Source: Mycobacterium sp.
GTDB taxonomy: Bacteria > Actinomycetota > Actinomycetes > Mycobacteriales > Mycobacteriaceae
Assembly (NCBI RefSeq): GCF_047975165.1
Contig: NZ_JBKECZ010000118.1
Span: 4,909 to 68,908 of the forward strand
Length of the DNA: 64,000 nt
Direction of reading: 5' to 3'
A program made the position numbers and the translations under genes. Below are positions 57,602 through 64,000 of this stretch, piece after piece; within the stretch, counting starts at the first letter, position 1, and each line of letters opens with the position of its first letter. Below the pieces are notes generated by a model. The model worked only from the letters and a program-made list of their open reading frames with translations, did not search any database and was not told where the DNA came from.

Positions 57602-59212
57602 CTACCCACCGAGCTGGCCGGCGGCCTCTTCGGCTTCGGACGGCACGTCCGCGCTGTCCCCTGGATCCACCGGGCGGGCGAGCTGGGTGGGCGCGGTGCG
57701 CCCCCGCAAGTCGACGATCTCGCCCACTTCCCAGCACAGGGCTTCGGCGTCCGCAGCACCGCTGACCGCGATCGCCGAGGCCAGCACGCGGCCCTGGTCC
57801 AACTTGGCCAGCTCGGTCAGCCGGGCTGCTTCGTTGACCGGGTCTCCGATCACGGTGTATTCGAATCGCGCCTGTGCGCCGATGTGGCCGGCGATGGCGC
57901 GGCCGGCAGACACCCCGATGCCGAATTCTGCCGAGCCGAGCACCGTGATCAGCTCGTCATGCAGCGCCCGCGCTGCTGCCAGCGCGGCACCGGGGCCGTC
58001 CGGGTGCTCGATCGGTGCGCCGAAGATCGCCAGCGCAGCGTCACCCTGGAACTTGTTGACGAACCCGCCGTGCCGGCCGACCGTATCCACCACGACCCGG
58101 AAGAACTCGTTGAGCAGGTGGACCACTTCGGCCGGTGGCCGAGTGGCGGCGAGCTGGGTTGAACCCACCAGGTCGATGAAGAGCACCGCGACGTCGCGTT
58201 CCTGCCCGCCGAGCTCGGCTCCGCGCTCCAGGGCCCGTCGTGCGACGTCCTCGCCCACGTATCGGCCGAACAGGTCGCGCAATCGTTGGCGCTCGGACAG
58301 GTCCCGAACCATGTCGTTGAATCCGGACTGCAGCAGGCCGAGCTCGCTGGCGTCGTAGATCTGCATGTGGGCGTTGAAGTTGCCGTGCTGCACCTCCGAG
58401 AGTGCCCAGCGCAGCTGGCGCACCGGGTCGGCGATCGACATCGACACCAGCAGAGTGCTGACACCCCCGATACCCAGTGCCGCCAGCGCCAGCAACATGA
58501 TGGGAGTGAACAGGGCGTCCGGCCAGGTGTGCAGCAGCGCCGACTTGGCCGCGAGCACGGTCAGGACGATCGTCAGTACTGGCACGCCGGTGGACAGAAT
58601 CCAGGTCAGCATCAGCCGCAGGATCACTCCGGGTGCGCGCATGTTCTCGGGGACACCGCTGCGTAGGGCGGCTACCGCCACCGGTCGCAGGATCCGTTCG
58701 GCTTGCAGGTAGCCGATGATCGCGGCTGCGACGGCACCCAGCGCATCGGCAACCACCCGCACCGGAATCGCGTGCCGACCCATCGACCAGCTGGCCGCGA
58801 CGAACACGGTGCTGCCCACCGCCCAGGCGCCGGCGTCGATCAGTGTCCGGTAGAACGGCATTCGTAACGCGCGGGTGCGGGCCAATTCGGTGGTCGCTGG
58901 ATCGGCTTCGACCATCAGGTTGTCGCGGCGCTGCCAACGGAACACCGGCAGCAGAAGCTTGAGGTTCCAAGTCAGGCTCCCCAAGACCAGCAGCAGCAAC
59001 GTGCAGAGGAAGATCACCACATTGCGAGTGGGTAGATCGTGCAGTTGGATTCGCTCGCTGGGCGGTAGGCCGTAGCGGATGAAACCGAGCACGAACAGCC
59101 CGCCGATCATGTCGGCCTGCAACATGCTCAGGTAGAAGACCGGCCACGGCGTGCGCACGACCCAGTGCGCGAATACGCGCATTCGTCGCCGCAGAGCCGC
59201 CGGGGTAGTCAC
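57602..59212 (-). CDS. membrane adenylate cyclase (6TM-HAMP-class III cyclase)
   Basis: Cyclase motifs are VAVLFIDLVGST and KFQGDAALAIFGAP. A HAMP linker and N-terminal TM helices are present. GTG 59212 is preferred. ATG 59317 is an alternative that adds an Arg-rich 35 aa. Confidence 0.85.
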   Translation of the reverse strand: MTTPAALRRRMRVFAHWVVRTPWPVFYLSMLQADMIGGLFVLGFIRYGLPPSERIQLHDLPTRNVVIFLCTLLLLVLGSLTWNLKLLLPVFRWQRRDNLMVEADPATTELARTRALRMPFYRTLIDAGAWAVGSTVFVAASWSMGRHAIPVRVVADALGAVAAAIIGYLQAERILRPVAVAALRSGVPENMRAPGVILRLMLTWILSTGVPVLTIVLTVLAAKSALLHTWPDALFTPIMLLALAALGIGGVSTLLVSMSIADPVRQLRWALSEVQHGNFNAHMQIYDASELGLLQSGFNDMVRDLSERQRLRDLFGRYVGEDVARRALERGAELGGQERDVAVLFIDLVGSTQLAATRPPAEVVHLLNEFFRVVVDTVGRHGGFVNKFQGDAALAIFGAPIEHPDGPGAALAAARALHDELITVLGSAEFGIGVSAGRAIAGHIGAQARFEYTVIGDPVNEAARLTELAKLDQGRVLASAIAVSGAADAEALCWEVGEIVDLRGRTAPTQLARPVDPGDSADVPSEAEEAAGQLGG

Positions 59213-59364
59213 CGATCCACCGTATCGGTCGGTGGGGACTCGCCGGAACCTTGCGCGGCCCGCTCCGGGCGGCCCGACGCGGGCCGCAGGCGGGGAAAGA
59301 TCACGGAATCGTCGCAATACCGCTGCCGATCGATATCGGTCGGGGGTGCTGGTTAGTCTTGCCG

Positions 59365-60573
59365 ATGATGACCGGGGTGTTCACACGGCTGGTAGGCCAG
59401 CAAGCCGCGGAGGCCGAGCTGCTCGCGGCGGCCAGATCCGCCCGCGGTGAACCGGCTCACAATCCGCAGAGCGCCGGGACTATGACACATGCGTGGCTGA
59501 TCACAGGCCCGCCGGGTTCGGGGCGTTCGATCGCCGCGCTGTGCTTCGCCGCGGCATTGCAGTGCACCTCCGAGGACGAGCCCGGGTGCGGGAAGTGCCG
59601 GGCGTGCACGACCACGATGGCCGGTACCCATGCCGACGTACGCAGGGTCGTTCCCGACGGCCTGTCCATCGGAGTGCGCGAAATGCGCGACATCGTGCAG
59701 ATCGCCTCGCGGAAACCAGTCACCGGCCATCACCAGATCGTGGTTGTCGAGGACGCCGACCGGCTCACCGAAGGTGCCGCCAACGCTCTGCTGAAGGTGG
59801 TGGAGGAGCCACCGCCGTCGACGGTGTTCCTGTTGTGTGCCCCCTCGGTGGACCCCGAGGACATCGCGATAACACTGCGGTCCCGGTGCCGTTGCGTAGC
59901 ACTGGCGACTCCGTCCGCCGAGGCCATCACGCGGGTTCTGGTCGACGGCGACGGCCTGGACCCCGATACCGCGCGGTGGGCGGCGTCGGTCAGCGGCGGC
60001 CACGTCGGCAGAGCACGCCGGCTGGCCACGGATGCGGAAGCCCGGCAGCGGCGCGAGCAGGCGCTTGAGCTGGTCCGCGACGCCGTACGGCCTTCCCGCG
60101 CCATTGCCGCGGGCGAGGCGCTGGTCGCCGCGGCCGAAGCCGAGGCGGTGGCGTTGACCTCCGAGCGCGCCGATGTCGAGACCGAGGAGCTGCGCACCGC
60201 GCTCGGTGCCGGTGGTACGGGCAAAGGGGCAGCCGGAGCCCTGCGGGGTTCGGCCGGTGCCATCAAGGAGCTGGAGCGGCGGCAGAAATCCCGTCATACC
60301 CGTGCCTCTCGGGACGCATTGGACCGGACGCTGATCGACCTCGCGACCTATTTCCGCGACGCCCTGGTGGTCTCGGCGGGTGCCGGCGGAGTGCGGGCCA
60401 ACCATCCCGACATGGCCGAACAGGTGGCTGCGCTCGCCGCGCACGCCGGCCCGGAACGGCTGCTGAGGTGCGTCGAGGCGGTGCTGCAATGCCGCGAGGC
60501 ACTCGCATTCAATGTCAAACCCAAGTTCGCCGTCGATGCCATGGTGGCTGCTGTCGGCCAGGAACTTCGGTAG
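59365..60573 (+). CDS. holB: DNA polymerase III delta' subunit
   Basis: It has the P-loop GPPGSGRS, a zinc module CGKCRAC and VVEDADRL. The ATG at 59365 gives about 402 aa. Confidence 0.85.
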   Translation: MMTGVFTRLVGQQAAEAELLAAARSARGEPAHNPQSAGTMTHAWLITGPPGSGRSIAALCFAAALQCTSEDEPGCGKCRACTTTMAGTHADVRRVVPDGLSIGVREMRDIVQIASRKPVTGHHQIVVVEDADRLTEGAANALLKVVEEPPPSTVFLLCAPSVDPEDIAITLRSRCRCVALATPSAEAITRVLVDGDGLDPDTARWAASVSGGHVGRARRLATDAEARQRREQALELVRDAVRPSRAIAAGEALVAAAEAEAVALTSERADVETEELRTALGAGGTGKGAAGALRGSAGAIKELERRQKSRHTRASRDALDRTLIDLATYFRDALVVSAGAGGVRANHPDMAEQVAALAAHAGPERLLRCVEAVLQCREALAFNVKPKFAVDAMVAAVGQELR

Positions 60574-60635
60574 CGCCGCCGACTTGGGTGGGGTGGCGCG
60601 TCTGCCGTAGACTCGTGCCGCCCCGTGCAGGGCAG

Positions 60636-60708
60636 GCCGCCTTAGCTCAGTCGGTAGAGCGATTCACTCGTAATGAATAGGTCAGGAGTTCGATTCTCCT
60701 AGGCGGCT
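60636..60708 (+). tRNA. tRNA-Thr (anticodon CGT)
   Basis: Acceptor is GCCGCCT/AGGCGGC. The anticodon arm is ATTCA-CTCGTAA-TGAAT and the T arm is AGGAG-TTCGATT-CTCCT. CCA is encoded at 60709-60711. Confidence 0.9.
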
Positions 60709-60790
60709 CCATCTCGCCGGCCGGGAGGGAGGCGGTCGGTTGCCTGCCGGATCGGCGGCTCATCCGAGCCGAATGGAGGTAATGGAATAG

Positions 60791-61621
60791 ATGGCCTTCG
60801 ATATTTCGATGCTGGTCTCGGGCTTGGACCGGCGCGAGGACGGCATCTGGTTCGCGAAACAAAGCGCGCCTGTGTCTTGGCCGGAGCATGGCCATTCGGC
60901 CCGCCTGCAAGTAGAAGATCGTTCGTTTTGGTTCCGGCACCGCAACCGTTGCATTTCGAGCGTCGTGCGCCGCTTCGCCCCCGACGACGTACTGATCGAT
61001 ATCGGGGGGGGCAACGGTTACGTTTCGAAAGGCTTGATGGAGGCTGGAATCTCCTGCGCGCTGGTGGAGCCGGGAATCGAGGGGGCCGTGGCGGCGCGGG
61101 CACGCGGTGTCGACCCGGTGATCTGTGCGCGGTTGGAAGATGTTGGGATAGCCGAAGGTAGTGTCGGCTCGGCCGGGATGTTCGATGTGCTCGAGCATAT
61201 CGAGGATGAGGCGGGTGCTTTGCGGCGAATTCATACACTGCTGCGGCCGGGCGGCCACCTGTTTCTCACCGTGCCGGCGTACAACTTCCTGAACTCGGCG
61301 GACGATGTCGCACTGGGTCATTTTCGCCGCTACACGCTGCGCAGCCTGAAACGCGCAGCCGCCAACCAGGGGTTCAGGGCGCAATTCACCACCTACTTGT
61401 TTACTCCGCTGCCCCCCTCGATCTTTCTGCTCCGCACGGTGCCCAGTTGGTTGCGGTTGCGACGCGCTGAAGACATGGAGGAACAGACAGCCGACCATGT
61501 GCGCGAGGGCTTTGCCGCACGGGTGGTGAATCGGCTGGTAGACCGGGAGGCGCGCCGTATTGAGGCGGGAGGCACGATCCCATTTGGCAGCAGCTGTCTC
61601 GCGGTGTTCGTCAAGGATTGA
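60791..61621 (+). CDS. class I SAM-dependent methyltransferase
   Basis: 276 aa with SAM motif I LIDIGGGNG and post-I/II motifs (MFDVLEHI, LRPGGHLFLTVP). It is visibly less GC-rich than its neighbours. Confidence 0.8.
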   Translation: MAFDISMLVSGLDRREDGIWFAKQSAPVSWPEHGHSARLQVEDRSFWFRHRNRCISSVVRRFAPDDVLIDIGGGNGYVSKGLMEAGISCALVEPGIEGAVAARARGVDPVICARLEDVGIAEGSVGSAGMFDVLEHIEDEAGALRRIHTLLRPGGHLFLTVPAYNFLNSADDVALGHFRRYTLRSLKRAAANQGFRAQFTTYLFTPLPPSIFLLRTVPSWLRLRRAEDMEEQTADHVREGFAARVVNRLVDREARRIEAGGTIPFGSSCLAVFVKD

Positions 61622-61644
61622 GTGCCGTCGGCCACGGGCACTGG

Positions 61645-64000
<2,356 letters not shown>

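Overview
This is a very GC-rich actinobacterial chromosome segment, clearly from a Mycobacterium outside the tuberculosis complex. As far as I remember the M. tuberculosis H37Rv map, gene order is colinear with the interval leuA (Rv3710) to galE1 (Rv3634c), in inverted orientation. The order is leuA, ask-asd, glpK, a MoxR/DUF58 envelope cluster, rsfB, tRNA-Pro, ponA2, whiB4, an ArsA-like ATPase pair, crp, nth, marP, acs, dppABCD, a Tad/Flp-like locus, an SftH-type helicase, cspA, topA, an adenylate cyclase, holB, tRNA-Thr and galE1. I call about 60 CDS (one partial at each edge), 2 tRNAs and 2 small RNAs in the two large AT-richer gaps (6C/B11-type and Ms1/MTS2823-type). I also call a Leu-codon leader/attenuator upstream of leuA, a few hairpin terminators and several tandem or interspersed repeats. 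Differences from the H37Rv order as I recall it are an Ohr gene sitting directly between the Pro-rich protein and glpK, a 749-aa PAS-GAF-PP2C-kinase gene next to rsfB, and a single lower-GC methyltransferase next to tRNA-Thr. I see no IS element, integrase, prophage, CRISPR array, toxin-antitoxin pair or recognisable defence genes. I cannot point to a clear-cut new system. The best candidates for a second look are: (1) the Tad-like secretion/helicase neighbourhood, where both TadE-like genes have their coupled start codon one nucleotide out of frame with a conserved G|SATV body; (2) the seven-gene MoxR-DUF58-DUF4350-DUF4129-RDD-SpoIIM-like membrane cluster; (3) an interspersed GTGAC-N6-GTCAC repeat family present at two loci; (4) the phosphatase-kinase fusion beside the anti-anti-sigma factor RsfB. 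The long ORFs antisense to real genes in the six-frame track are GC-composition artefacts.
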